This document shows, one piece after another, positions 33,386-42,786 of a stretch of DNA of 59,615 nucleotides (positions are counted from its first letter, which is position 1; the number at the start of each line of letters is the position of its first letter). The DNA lies in contig JBBUAW010000007.1 of the NCBI GenBank assembly GCA_038058475.1, positions 1 to 59,615 of the forward strand, read 5' to 3'. The translations under genes and the position numbers were made by a program. This stretch comes from Patescibacteria group bacterium. Its GTDB lineage: Bacteria > Patescibacteriota > Minisyncoccia > Phycocordibacterales > JACOZG01. The notes beneath the pieces were generated by a model that had not been told where the DNA came from, did not search any database, and saw only the letters and a program-made list of their open reading frames with translations.

Positions 33386-34101
33386 GAGTCGGCGAGTTTG
33401 AGGGACCTTTGCCGCTGTTACTTGAGCTGGTGGAGAAAAAACGATTATCCATCAGTCGAATATCGCTCGCTGAAGTGGCGGATGATTTTTTGAATTATGT
33501 CCGCGGATTGGAACAACCATCCAAATCTTTGCTGGCCGAATTTATCGTGATTGCTTCCACACTGATGTTGATTAAATCAATTTCTCTTCTGCCGTCGCTG
33601 ACGCTGAAACAAGAAGAGAACGAGGAGATCGGCGATTTGGAACGTCGGCTGAAACTTTATGAAATTATCCGCGACGCCGCCGTCGGTCTGCGCGCGCGAT
33701 GGGGACGACAAATGATTTTTTATCCGGAATCGCGGCGACTGAAAACCGTTGTCTTTTCGCCGACCGCCGAACTTACCGTTGGCAATCTGTTAGCCACGAT
33801 GAATAATTTAATTCAATCGTTGCCGCTCGCCGTTGAAAAATTACCATCGCTGGCCATCAGAAAAATCGCCAGTTTGGAAGAAACGATTAAAGATTTAACC
33901 AAGCGGATTCAGATGTCTTTGCGGATGAATTTCAGCGATTTTGTGAAAAATAAACAAGAAAAGACTAATATCATCGTTAGTTTTTTGGCTTTGTTGGAGC
34001 TCTGCAAACGGGGTTTAGTGGAAGTTGAACAGGGGAATCATTTGGCCGACATTAAAATTGAAACGAAAATGGCCGGCCTGCCTCATTATGATATAATCTG
34101 A
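33364..34101 (+). CDS. scpA: segregation and condensation protein A
   Basis: FEGPLPLLLELVEKKRLSI...ISLAEVADDF, typical ScpA; precedes scpB. Confidence 0.9.
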   Translation: MAEKFAVRVGEFEGPLPLLLELVEKKRLSISRISLAEVADDFLNYVRGLEQPSKSLLAEFIVIASTLMLIKSISLLPSLTLKQEENEEIGDLERRLKLYEIIRDAAVGLRARWGRQMIFYPESRRLKTVVFSPTAELTVGNLLATMNNLIQSLPLAVEKLPSLAIRKIASLEETIKDLTKRIQMSLRMNFSDFVKNKQEKTNIIVSFLALLELCKRGLVEVEQGNHLADIKIETKMAGLPHYDII

Positions 34102-34107
34102 AAAATC

Positions 34108-34668
34108 ATGGCCGCTATTTTAGAACAACAATTGGAAGCACTGCTTTTTTGGCAGGCGTCGCCGCAGAGCGTCAAACAATTAGCGACGGCTTTATCTGTC
34201 AGTGAAGAAGAAGTTCGTTCCAGTTTGACTCGTTTGGAACAAACATTAGCCGGCCGCGGCCTTAGACTGGTCGCCAAAGATAACGAATTTACTTTGGGTA
34301 CCGCACCGGAATTCGGAGAATTATTTGAACGGCTGGCCAAGGACGAATTGAAAGCCGATCTCGGCCGCGCCGGATTGGAAACTTTAACCATCATTTTGTA
34401 TCGCGGTCCGATCGCGAAGTCGGGAATTGATTATTTGCGCGGAGTTAATTCCGGTTTTACTCTCCGGCAATTGCTAATTCGCGGATTAATTGAAAAAATT
34501 CCCAATCCTCAATCTGCCCGCAGTTCGCTTTATCGGTCGACTTTTGACTTAATGTCGCTTTTGGGTTTGACGCAATTGTCGGAGTTGCCGGAATTTGAAA
34601 CGATTAAGAAAAAAATTGATGATTTTTATCATGTCAACAACGAAACCGCGACGGCAGCCAATCAGTAA
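34108..34668 (+). CDS. scpB: segregation and condensation protein B
   Basis: LEALLFW....V..LA......EV...L..L, GRGLRLV, LETLTIILYRGPI, winged-helix ScpB pattern. Confidence 0.9.
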   Translation: MAAILEQQLEALLFWQASPQSVKQLATALSVSEEEVRSSLTRLEQTLAGRGLRLVAKDNEFTLGTAPEFGELFERLAKDELKADLGRAGLETLTIILYRGPIAKSGIDYLRGVNSGFTLRQLLIRGLIEKIPNPQSARSSLYRSTFDLMSLLGLTQLSELPEFETIKKKIDDFYHVNNETATAANQ

Positions 34669-35533
34669 GACATATGAGCGGCTGGTGCTGGCCAGCACGA
34701 TTTTTTTTATTGTTCTGGCTGTCTGGACTGCCGATTGGTCAGTGTTCAAATTTAAGACAACACCCCCGATCAATACGCTAAACCGGATTGAAAAATCAAT
34801 TCCACCGATTAATCCGTTTGAAAATTTGACGCTCGAGGCCCAAGCGGTCTTGGTTTTTTATCCGGATGAAGAAAAAATAATTTTTGCCAAAAATGCCGAC
34901 CACCCTTTACCTATTGCTTCATTGACTAAAATAATGGCGAGCTTGGCCGCCGAGCGCATTTTAACTCCCGAGTCAACGATTCAATTTATGAATCGGCCTT
35001 GGCGATTGGCAAATTTAACGGATTATCTTCTGGTCTCGTCATCCAACGCCGCCGCGGCGGCGTTAGCCGCCGCGGCAGAGAAGAACGATGATCCGCAAAA
35101 TCGGTTGGTCAATGAAATGAATGCCCAAGCCGCGGCGATCGGTTTGACGACGACTCATTTTAACAATCCCACCGGTCTTGACTCAATCGCCGGCGAACCG
35201 GGGGGCGTCGGCTCGGCTTATGATGTCGCCAAATTGCTCGTCTATATTTTAAAAAATCGGCCGGATTTATTGACTGCCACTCGCTATCCAGAAGTCGAGG
35301 TGGCAGCGACGGATGGCTTTCGCTATCATTTAGTCAACACCAACGAAATTATCGGTGAAATTCCCGGTCTCCTGGCTTCCAAAACCGGCTATACTGATTC
35401 GGCCCAGGGGAATCTGGCGATAATTTTCGACCGCGGTCTTAATCAACCGGTGGTGTTGGTGGTGCTTGGTTCAAGTGTGGCCGGTCGTTTCCAAGACATT
35501 AAAAATTTAATCGCCGCCGTTTATGATTATTGA
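34631..35533 (+). CDS. D-alanyl-D-alanine carboxypeptidase (S11, PBP5-like)
   Basis: SxxK (ASLTK), SxN (SSN) and KTG (KTGYT) motifs, N-terminal TM. The start is uncertain (34595 or 34631). Confidence 0.85.
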   Translation: MSTTKPRRQPISKTYERLVLASTIFFIVLAVWTADWSVFKFKTTPPINTLNRIEKSIPPINPFENLTLEAQAVLVFYPDEEKIIFAKNADHPLPIASLTKIMASLAAERILTPESTIQFMNRPWRLANLTDYLLVSSSNAAAAALAAAAEKNDDPQNRLVNEMNAQAAAIGLTTTHFNNPTGLDSIAGEPGGVGSAYDVAKLLVYILKNRPDLLTATRYPEVEVAATDGFRYHLVNTNEIIGEIPGLLASKTGYTDSAQGNLAIIFDRGLNQPVVLVVLGSSVAGRFQDIKNLIAAVYDY

Positions 35534-36590
35534 TGTTTTTAAAGTTTTTACGCCGAGTCTGATCGCCTTTTTTGTCGGTTTGGCGATCACCCCGTTTTTA
35601 ACTCACTATCTTTATAAATACAAATTATGGAAGAAGAAGGCCGGCAAAATCGCCCCGGACGGCCGCGAGACGCCGATTTTCAATCAGCTGCATCAAACGC
35701 GAGAAGTCGGCACGCCGCGTTTGGGCGGAATTATTATTTGGGTCAGTACGATTTTAAGCATTTTTGGTTTTTGGCTCCTGGCTAAATTTTTCCCGACGGA
35801 ATTGACAACCAAATTAAATTTTTTCAGCCGCAATCAAACTTGGCTGCCGCTTTTCACTTTGATGGCCGGTTCGTTGGTCGGTTTGATTGATGATATTTTA
35901 GAAATTATGGGCAGTGCAATCAATCGCGCCGTGCCGCGCGGCGGTTTGCCCTTTCGCCAACGTCTCATTTTAGTCACTTTATTGGGATTAATCGGCGCTT
36001 GGTGGTTTTATTATAAACTCGGCTTATCCACGATTGACATTCCGTTTTGGGGAGAATTAACAATCGGTTGGTTAATCATTCCTTTTTTCGTCGCCGTGAT
36101 GATTTTCCTCTTTTCCAGCGGTGTAATTGACGGTTTAGACGGTTTAGCTGGCGGCGTGATGGCTATCATCTTCGGCGCTTATTCAGGCATCGCTTTTTTT
36201 CAAAATCAAATTGACTTGGCGGCTTTTTCGGCGGTCATCACCGGCAGTATCTTGGCTTTTCTTTGGTTTAATATTCCGCCGGCGCGATTTTATATGTCGG
36301 AAACCGGTATTTTAGGATTAACTACCACCTTGACGATCATTGCCTTTTTAACAAAGTCAGTGGTGGTCTTGCCGATCATCGCTTTTCCGCTATTTGCCAC
36401 GGCCGCGAGCAATATCCTTCAATTATGGTCAAAAAAATTTAGGCACGGCCGGAAAATTTTTCTCGTCGCGCCGTTGCATCATCATTTTGAGGCCCTGGGC
36501 TGGCCGCCGGCCAAAGTGGTAATGCGTTATTGGGTGATCGGCGTAGTCGCGGCGATCATCGGAATGATTATTACTCTCATCGGCCGCTGA
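35523..36590 (+). CDS. mraY: phospho-N-acetylmuramoyl-pentapeptide transferase
   Basis: 10-TM protein with the GLIDDILE and VIDGLDGLAGG motifs. Confidence 0.95.
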   Translation: MIIDVFKVFTPSLIAFFVGLAITPFLTHYLYKYKLWKKKAGKIAPDGRETPIFNQLHQTREVGTPRLGGIIIWVSTILSIFGFWLLAKFFPTELTTKLNFFSRNQTWLPLFTLMAGSLVGLIDDILEIMGSAINRAVPRGGLPFRQRLILVTLLGLIGAWWFYYKLGLSTIDIPFWGELTIGWLIIPFFVAVMIFLFSSGVIDGLDGLAGGVMAIIFGAYSGIAFFQNQIDLAAFSAVITGSILAFLWFNIPPARFYMSETGILGLTTTLTIIAFLTKSVVVLPIIAFPLFATAASNILQLWSKKFRHGRKIFLVAPLHHHFEALGWPPAKVVMRYWVIGVVAAIIGMIITLIGR

Positions 36591-37690
36591 TGATGCACCG
36601 CCGAGTTCTCAACCGCCGTTTCTTTTTTTTCATTCTGGCGTTGGCGCTCGGCGGTTTTTTTATTTTTTTATCGGCGTCTTTAGGTTTACTTAATCGCGGG
36701 GGCGCCAGTTACGGCCGCGTGATTTTGAAGCAATTATTAATATTGATTGGAGCGATTGGTCTGATGCTGATGGCCGCTAATTTTGATTATCACCGTCTGC
36801 GACGTTGGGCCCTGCCGATTTTTCTTGTGGCCCTAGCCGTCAGTCTACTGGTTTTTGTTCCCGGATTGGGTTTTTCTTCCGGCGGCGCCAGACGCTGGCT
36901 GTCAATCGGGACGCAGACTTTCCAGCCGTCGGAATTATTAAAACTCGGTTTCATTATTTATTTGGCCGCCTGGTTGACGCGAACCAATGTCCAGTTGACC
37001 AGTTGGGCCTCCGGTTTCTTGCCCTTCGTGTTATTGATGGGCGTAACCGGCGCGACTCTGATTGCCGAACCTGACCTCGGCACTTTTTCAGTTTTAGCCG
37101 TTTCGGCTCTAGTAATGTTTTTTGTGGCCGGTGGCCATTGGCGCCAACTTTTATTGATTTCTGTTTTGGGTTTGATTCTCATCGGTGGCACGATTGCCGC
37201 CAAACCATATGCTCGAGAACGAATTTTAACTTTTATTCATCCCCAAGAAAATCTTTTAACTTCTTCTTATCAACTTAACCAATCATTGATCGCTATCGGT
37301 TCCGGCGGTTGGTTGGGTCGCGGGTTAGGCCGGAGCATTCAAAAATTTAACTATTTGCCAGAACCGATCGGCGATTCTATTTTTGCCGTGGCGGCGGAAG
37401 AATTTGGTTTATTTGGCGGTCTGTCGATTATTTTGATTTTTATTATTTTTGCCTGGTGGGGATTGGCGTTGGCGGCCCAAGCTTCCGATCGATTCGGGCG
37501 CGTTCTGATTACCGGCATCATTGTCTTAATCGCCACTGGGGCTTTTGTTAATATTGCTTCAATGCTTGGTCTTTTGCCTTTAACCGGTATTCCTTTAATT
37601 TTTATCAGCCATGGCGGTAGTTCGCTTCTGTTTTCCTTGCTCGGTTGTGGTATTATTTTGAATGTCGGTAGATTTGCTTTAAAATCTTAA
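36590..37690 (+). CDS. ftsW: SEDS-family peptidoglycan glycosyltransferase FtsW/RodA
   Basis: QPSELLK, GSGGWLGRGLG and PEP.GDSIFA motifs. Start set at the ATG overlapping the mraY stop (the track start 36530 lies inside mraY). Confidence 0.92.
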   Translation: MMHRRVLNRRFFFFILALALGGFFIFLSASLGLLNRGGASYGRVILKQLLILIGAIGLMLMAANFDYHRLRRWALPIFLVALAVSLLVFVPGLGFSSGGARRWLSIGTQTFQPSELLKLGFIIYLAAWLTRTNVQLTSWASGFLPFVLLMGVTGATLIAEPDLGTFSVLAVSALVMFFVAGGHWRQLLLISVLGLILIGGTIAAKPYARERILTFIHPQENLLTSSYQLNQSLIAIGSGGWLGRGLGRSIQKFNYLPEPIGDSIFAVAAEEFGLFGGLSIILIFIIFAWWGLALAAQASDRFGRVLITGIIVLIATGAFVNIASMLGLLPLTGIPLIFISHGGSSLLFSLLGCGIILNVGRFALKS

Positions 37691-37692
37691 TT

Positions 37693-38826
37693 ATGAAAAT
37701 TGTTTTTACCGGCGGCGGTACGGGCGGACATTTTTATCCTATTATCGCGGTGGCGGAAGAAATTAACGCGATTATCAAGGAACGCAAGTTGATTAACGTT
37801 AAACTTTATTATTTTTCCGATACACCATACGATGAACCAGCTTTGTTTGAAAATAATATTCAATTTCAACGCGTCCGTTCAGGTAAACGGCGGCGTTATT
37901 TTTCATTTTTGAATTTTTTTGATTTCTTTAAGATTTTCTGGGGCACCTTAACGGCCCTGATTAAACTTTATTTCATTTATCCGGATGTTGTTTTCAGTAA
38001 GGGCGGTTATGCCAGCGGACCGACCGTATTGGCGGCGCGTTTGTTACGGATTCCGATTTTTATTCATGAATCGGATTCCCGCCCGGGACGGGCGAATCTT
38101 TGGGCCGGTCGTTTTGCCAAACGAATTGCTTTGTCTTACGCCGAAGCGGCTGAATTTTTTAAACCGAAACAGCAAAAAATCATCGCGGTTACCGGCAATC
38201 CCGTGCGCCACAATTTGCGTTATCCTTTGAGTCAGGGCGCGCGGGAATTTTTAGGTTTGGAAGAGAATATCCCGATTATTTTAATTGTTGGCGGTTCGCA
38301 GGGAGCAGAAATTATTAACGAAGTGGCGGTAGACGCTCTGCCGACCTTGATTGAACGTTACGGTATAATTCACCAGGTCGGAGCGGCTAACCTAAGCGCG
38401 GTGGAAAAACGGTCGCGGATCGTGCTGGAAAATAACAAACTGGCCGGGCGTTATAAATTATTTGCTTTTCTCAACCCTTCGGCGATGCGGATGGCCGCCG
38501 GCGCGGCGGCATTGGTGGTGTCGCGCGCCGGTTCAATTGTTTTTGAAATTGCTGCTTGGCGGATTCCAGCAATTCTGGTGCCGATTCCGGAAGCAATCAG
38601 TCATGATCAACGTTCCAACGCTTTCACTTACGCGCGCGGCGGCGCGGCGGTGGTGATTGAGCAAAATAATTTTCTGCCGACAGTCTTAGTGTCGGAAATC
38701 AACCGCTTGATCGGCCAGCCGCAACTATTGGAAACAATGCGCGCGGCCGCCGGCCGTTTCGCCAAACCGCAAGCCGCGCGCCTGATTGCCGATGAGTTGA
38801 TGAATATCGCCTTGAGTCACGAATGA
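37693..38826 (+). CDS. murG: UDP-N-acetylglucosamine--LPS/lipid I transferase MurG
   Basis: GGGTGGHFYP, GGSQGA and ISRAG-type (VSRAGS) motifs. Confidence 0.95.
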   Translation: MKIVFTGGGTGGHFYPIIAVAEEINAIIKERKLINVKLYYFSDTPYDEPALFENNIQFQRVRSGKRRRYFSFLNFFDFFKIFWGTLTALIKLYFIYPDVVFSKGGYASGPTVLAARLLRIPIFIHESDSRPGRANLWAGRFAKRIALSYAEAAEFFKPKQQKIIAVTGNPVRHNLRYPLSQGAREFLGLEENIPIILIVGGSQGAEIINEVAVDALPTLIERYGIIHQVGAANLSAVEKRSRIVLENNKLAGRYKLFAFLNPSAMRMAAGAAALVVSRAGSIVFEIAAWRIPAILVPIPEAISHDQRSNAFTYARGGAAVVIEQNNFLPTVLVSEINRLIGQPQLLETMRAAAGRFAKPQAARLIADELMNIALSHE

Positions 38827-38865
38827 TGAGTGTCGGGGGAAATTCCTCCCGGCAGTCTAGATTTT

Positions 38866-38899
38866 AAAAAAAGGCCCCTCCCGCACGATTGGGAGGGGC
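38866..38899 (-). terminator. rho-independent terminator (minus strand)
   Basis: GCCCCTCCC/GGGAGGGGC stem, followed on the minus strand by T7; there is no T-run on the plus strand. Confidence 0.8.
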
Positions 38900-39190
38900 G
38901 AATGTGGCGAGATGTAGCGAGACAAAACCTGAAACAATTTCATTTTTCCACTCAAAACTGTGAACGCGAGGCAGCAAGATGGCGTCGGGACACCTCTTTT
39001 CTTTTGTACAATGTTGATTGATTTGAATCTGGTGGTTATATCGAGAGTGATGCCGGTGAGGCTGACAACCTCGTTTAAGCGCTACTTTTTATCCTCGGTT
39101 ATTCACCCAGGTTCACGCAACCGATTTTCAATCATCTCCGTCGGCTTTTTCAAACCAGATATTGAAACAACCAGACGTCAATCAACTCCA
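38866..39190 (-). ncRNA. candidate ~320-nt non-coding (or micro-ORF) transcript, class unknown
   Basis: Bounded by a near-consensus minus-strand promoter (39223-39196) and the terminator at 38866-38899. The longest minus-strand ORFs are at most 26 codons. Plus-strand track ORFs here look spurious. Confidence 0.35.
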
Positions 39191-39195
39191 CTATT

Positions 39196-39223
39196 AGTAT
39201 ATATGGATAAGTTTTTGTGTCAA
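39196..39223 (-). promoter_or_regulatory. sigma70-like promoter TTGACA-N16-TATACT (minus strand)
   Basis: -35 at 39223-39218, -10 at 39201-39196. Confidence 0.55.
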
Positions 39224-39225
39224 AC

Positions 39226-39273
39226 AAAAAGGACGCCGTCTGTTTGGATATTGGTCCGGGCAGGATGGCGTCC
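39226..39273 (-). terminator. hairpin with minus-strand T-run (terminator-like)
   Basis: GGACGCCGTC...GATGGCGTCC 10-bp stem, followed on the minus strand by TTTTTGTTTG. It sits between the minus promoter and the gltX promoter. Confidence 0.45.
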
Positions 39274-39326
39274 GACTTACTAAACGAGCTCGATGTTTTG
39301 GTTGATTTCCTAAAAATCTTGTTGGT

Positions 39327-39335
39327 TGCTACAAT
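39327..39335 (+). promoter_or_regulatory. extended -10 (TGcTACAAT) 9 nt upstream of the gltX ATG
   Basis: TACAAT at 39330-39335, ATG at 39345. Confidence 0.4.
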
Positions 39336-39344
39336 AAACGGATT

Positions 39345-40646
39345 ATGTCAGTCATTGTGCGATTTGCGCCGAGTCCGACCGGGCCGTTGCATCTTGGTGG
39401 CGCGCGGACGGCGCTGTTTAACTATCTTTTTGCCAAAAAAGCCGGCGGGAAAATCTATCTGCGGATTGAAGACACTGACCGCGAGCGGTCCAAACCGGAA
39501 TTTGAACAAAATATTTTTGACAGTCTCAATTGGCTCGGTTTGAAATTTGATAATTCGGAGCCGATTCGCCAATCGGCGCGCAGTGAAGTTTATCAAAAGG
39601 TTTTGACTCAATTAATTTCCACCGGCGCGGCTTATATCTCAAAAGAAGAAAACCAAGCGGGGAGCGATGAAAATAAAAGAAGCGAGGTCGTCCGTTTTAA
39701 GAATCCGAACCAGACAATTTCTTTCGTTGATTTGATTCGCGGCGAAATTACTTTTGATACCAAAGAATTAGGCGATTTTGTGATTGCCAAAAGTTTAACC
39801 GAACCGCTTTACCATTTAGCCGCGGTCGCCGACGATATTGAAATGGGAGTCACACAGGTAATTCGGGGCGAGGACCATATTTCCAACACTCCGCGGCAAA
39901 TTTTATTGATTGAGGCGCTTGGCGCCGCGCGGCCGACCTACGCTCACATTCCGCTGATTTTAGCCCCGGACCGGTCAAAATTATCCAAAAGGCACGGCGC
40001 CGTATCAGTTACCGAATATCGCGCGCGGGGTTATTTACCGGAAGCGCTGGTTAATTATTTAGCGTTACTCGGTTGGAACCCGGGTACGGCCGAAGAAATT
40101 TTTTCGCTTGATGAATTGGTTCAACGGTTTTTGCTCGCCAAAGTCCAGAAAGCCGGCGCAATTTTTGATTTGGTAAAATTGAATTGGCTGAATCGGGAAT
40201 ATTTGAAACGATTGCCGGACGAAATTTTAATCAATCAAGCGCCGCCGGAAATTGACGAAAAAATTGTTCGTAAAATTATGCCCCTGATCAAAGAACGGCT
40301 AACCATTTTAACCGACTTAAAACAATTGCTTGGCGAAAGAGGGGAATTTAATTATTTTTTTCAACCACCAGCTTACGGTCTAGAGTTGTTAAAAAATCAG
40401 AAGCATTTTAAAAAATTATCCGAATTAATTAACTCTGTGGGTAATCGTGATGATGATTTTACCGCCGAAAAAATAAAAGCGAAAATCATGCCTTATGCCG
40501 ATCAAGAGGGGAGAAGTGAGGTTTTGTGGCCTTTTCGGGCGGCTTTGACTGGTCGGGAAAAATCACCCGACCCGTTCACAGTGGCGGCGATTTTGGGAAA
40601 GGAGGAAACCTTAAAACGTTTGGTGTATGCCGAGAATCTGGTTTAA
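39345..40646 (+). CDS. gltX: glutamyl-tRNA synthetase
   Basis: RFAPSPTGPLHLGGARTA (HIGH class) and KLSKRHG (KMSKS); 433 aa. Confidence 0.95.
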   Translation: MSVIVRFAPSPTGPLHLGGARTALFNYLFAKKAGGKIYLRIEDTDRERSKPEFEQNIFDSLNWLGLKFDNSEPIRQSARSEVYQKVLTQLISTGAAYISKEENQAGSDENKRSEVVRFKNPNQTISFVDLIRGEITFDTKELGDFVIAKSLTEPLYHLAAVADDIEMGVTQVIRGEDHISNTPRQILLIEALGAARPTYAHIPLILAPDRSKLSKRHGAVSVTEYRARGYLPEALVNYLALLGWNPGTAEEIFSLDELVQRFLLAKVQKAGAIFDLVKLNWLNREYLKRLPDEILINQAPPEIDEKIVRKIMPLIKERLTILTDLKQLLGERGEFNYFFQPPAYGLELLKNQKHFKKLSELINSVGNRDDDFTAEKIKAKIMPYADQEGRSEVLWPFRAALTGREKSPDPFTVAAILGKEETLKRLVYAENLV

Positions 40647-41889
40647 ACTATTTTTTGTCTTTTTTTTATTGTGGGCGGCGGGCGCCGCGCGCGCGGCGAC
40701 GTTGGATGATATTCGCAGCCGCATCAGTGATCACAACGCGGAGATTAGAAAATTGGAAACACAAATCAACGCTTACCAAAAAGAATTACAAACAATCGGT
40801 CAAACTAGCCGAAGTCTACAGGGCGAAATTGCCCGATTGGAAACGACGCGCAAAAAATTAGCGACGGACATTCAAGTCACCGAGCAAAAGATTGCCAAAA
40901 CCGATTTGACGATTGATCAATTGACGCTGGAAATCGGCGATAAAGATCAGACTCTGGCGCGCCGCCGCGCCGCCACCGAAGAAAGTTTGAGACAATGGCG
41001 CCAATTGCAGGATTTATCGCCACTAGAAGTCATTTTGCGCTACGATCATTTTTCGGATATTTTAACCGAGCTCGGCGCTTTGACGGCCTTTCAGCGCCAA
41101 TTGGAACAAGATATTTTTTTAGTCTCAAAATTAAAAGATGAATTGGAAACTACTCGCTTAGCGACGGAAACTGAACGAAAAAATTTGGCGGCCCTGAAAA
41201 TTCGTTTGGCTGACCAGCGGCAAATTGCCCAAGAAAATCAAACCGCCAAAGACCAATTATTGAAACAGACGAAAAATCAGGAAGTTAATTATAAAAAATT
41301 ATTGACTGAAACGGTGGCTCGGAAAGAGGCGTTTGAGAAAGAATTGACCGATTTGGAATCCCAGTTGCGGATTTATGTTGATTTAAGTAAATTACCACCC
41401 GCTGGGAAGGGTTTACTCCGTTGGCCGCTGCAAAATATTTTTATCACTCAAGAATTTGGTAAAACCGTCGCCGCTAAACGACTCTATGTTTCCGGTACCC
41501 ATAACGGCGTGGATTTTCGGGCGAGTGTTGGCACGCCGGTAGCGGCGGCTAGCTCCGGTTTGGTGAAAGGAACAGGGGACACCGATTTGGTTTGCCGCGG
41601 CGCCTCATACGGCAAATGGGTGCTGATTGAACATCCAAATGGTTTAAGCACGATTTACGGTCATCTTTCACTTATTAAAGCCGTTGCCGGTCAGACGGTA
41701 ACCACCGGTGAAGTTATTGGTTATAGCGGCCAAACCGGCTATTCCACCGGACCGCATTTGCATCTCTCGGTGGTGGCCACTCAAGGTTTGCGTTTGGATA
41801 CTTATAATTTCAAATCCTGCGCCGCCGCGAAAATTACGATGCCCCTAGCCGATCCAAGCGCTTATCTGGATCCGTTGCTTTACTTGTAA
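40627..41889 (+). CDS. coiled-coil M23 peptidase (EnvC-like)
   Basis: Signal peptide, about 230-aa coiled coil, M23 motifs HNGVDF and GPHLHLSV. Confidence 0.88.
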   Translation: MPRIWFKLFFVFFLLWAAGAARAATLDDIRSRISDHNAEIRKLETQINAYQKELQTIGQTSRSLQGEIARLETTRKKLATDIQVTEQKIAKTDLTIDQLTLEIGDKDQTLARRRAATEESLRQWRQLQDLSPLEVILRYDHFSDILTELGALTAFQRQLEQDIFLVSKLKDELETTRLATETERKNLAALKIRLADQRQIAQENQTAKDQLLKQTKNQEVNYKKLLTETVARKEAFEKELTDLESQLRIYVDLSKLPPAGKGLLRWPLQNIFITQEFGKTVAAKRLYVSGTHNGVDFRASVGTPVAAASSGLVKGTGDTDLVCRGASYGKWVLIEHPNGLSTIYGHLSLIKAVAGQTVTTGEVIGYSGQTGYSTGPHLHLSVVATQGLRLDTYNFKSCAAAKITMPLADPSAYLDPLLYL

Positions 41890-41890
41890 A

Positions 41891-42073
41891 ATGGGGGAGT
41901 TAAGATTTATAATTAATCCAATGAAAAATTTAAATCAACATTCAAGTCAACCAAATAAATCCGCCGGTTTGATTAAAATTTTATTGTTCTTAATCCTGAT
42001 AGTTGTCTTGTTAACCTACTTAAAAATTGATCTGAGACAATTAGTGGACACTTACTGGTCAAAAATTTTTTGA
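41891..42073 (+). CDS. small membrane protein (60 aa)
   Basis: Single TM LIKILLFLILIVVLLTYL; start abuts the upstream stop. Confidence 0.45.
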   Translation: MGELRFIINPMKNLNQHSSQPNKSAGLIKILLFLILIVVLLTYLKIDLRQLVDTYWSKIF

Positions 42074-42246
42074 TAGACAAACAAATCGGAATATGCTAGC
42101 CTTAAGATAGGAATTGATAAGTTGTTTAGGTTGAATCAGTTCCATCCTTAATTATCAAGCTATTTTGACAAACTAGGCAAGAAATTGTCTAGTTTTTTAA
42201 TGCCATTTTTACTTTAACCAAAATCGGCTTAACCGGACTTTTAGCC

Positions 42247-42738
42247 GTGGCTCAATTAAGCTCGCCGCCGATCACTTCAGTTACGACTACAACCACCGTG
42301 CCATTGGCACCAGTTGAATCAGTAATCAAATCAGATTCATTTGAACTAGCCGTCACGGTAATTGATTTGACGACTAATCAAACGATTAGTCCAACGATTG
42401 AAGTTCATTCGGCGCCGCCGGAAATGACTATTCCGGAATTGATTGAAAAAACCAGCCGCGATTACGACCTTGATCCGCGGTTAGCTTTAGCGGTGGCTAA
42501 GTGCGAAAATAATTTCAAACACTATAATCAAGATGGTGAGGTTTTGCGCGGTCGAGCTAATCGTTATGATGTCGGTATTTTTCAAATCAATGAACAATAT
42601 CACTTGGCGAAGAGTCGCGAGTTAGGTTTTGATATTTACACGCCGGATGGCAACATTGAATATGCGGTTTGGTTAATGAAAACCTCCGGTCGCGCGCCTT
42701 GGGTTTGGAGTCAACCGTGCTGGAGCAAAGAGGTTTAA
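42247..42738 (+). CDS. lytic transglycosylase (SLT-like) domain protein
   Basis: AVAKCENNF (catalytic Glu) and VGIFQINEQYH. The GTG start is provisional. The frame is open from 42193 and encodes a TM-like segment without a canonical start. Confidence 0.7.
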   Translation: MAQLSSPPITSVTTTTTVPLAPVESVIKSDSFELAVTVIDLTTNQTISPTIEVHSAPPEMTIPELIEKTSRDYDLDPRLALAVAKCENNFKHYNQDGEVLRGRANRYDVGIFQINEQYHLAKSRELGFDIYTPDGNIEYAVWLMKTSGRAPWVWSQPCWSKEV

Positions 42739-42786
42739 TGCGCAAAAGATATATTGTGCGACATACCCTTACGGATCGGGCGAGCT

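Noticed and set aside
38830-39543. Plus-strand track ORFs 38830-39021, 38960-39283 and 39217-39543 in the murG-gltX spacer
   Set aside because: There are no start signals, the sequences are not protein-like, the last one overlaps gltX out of frame, and the region carries minus-strand promoter and terminator signals instead.
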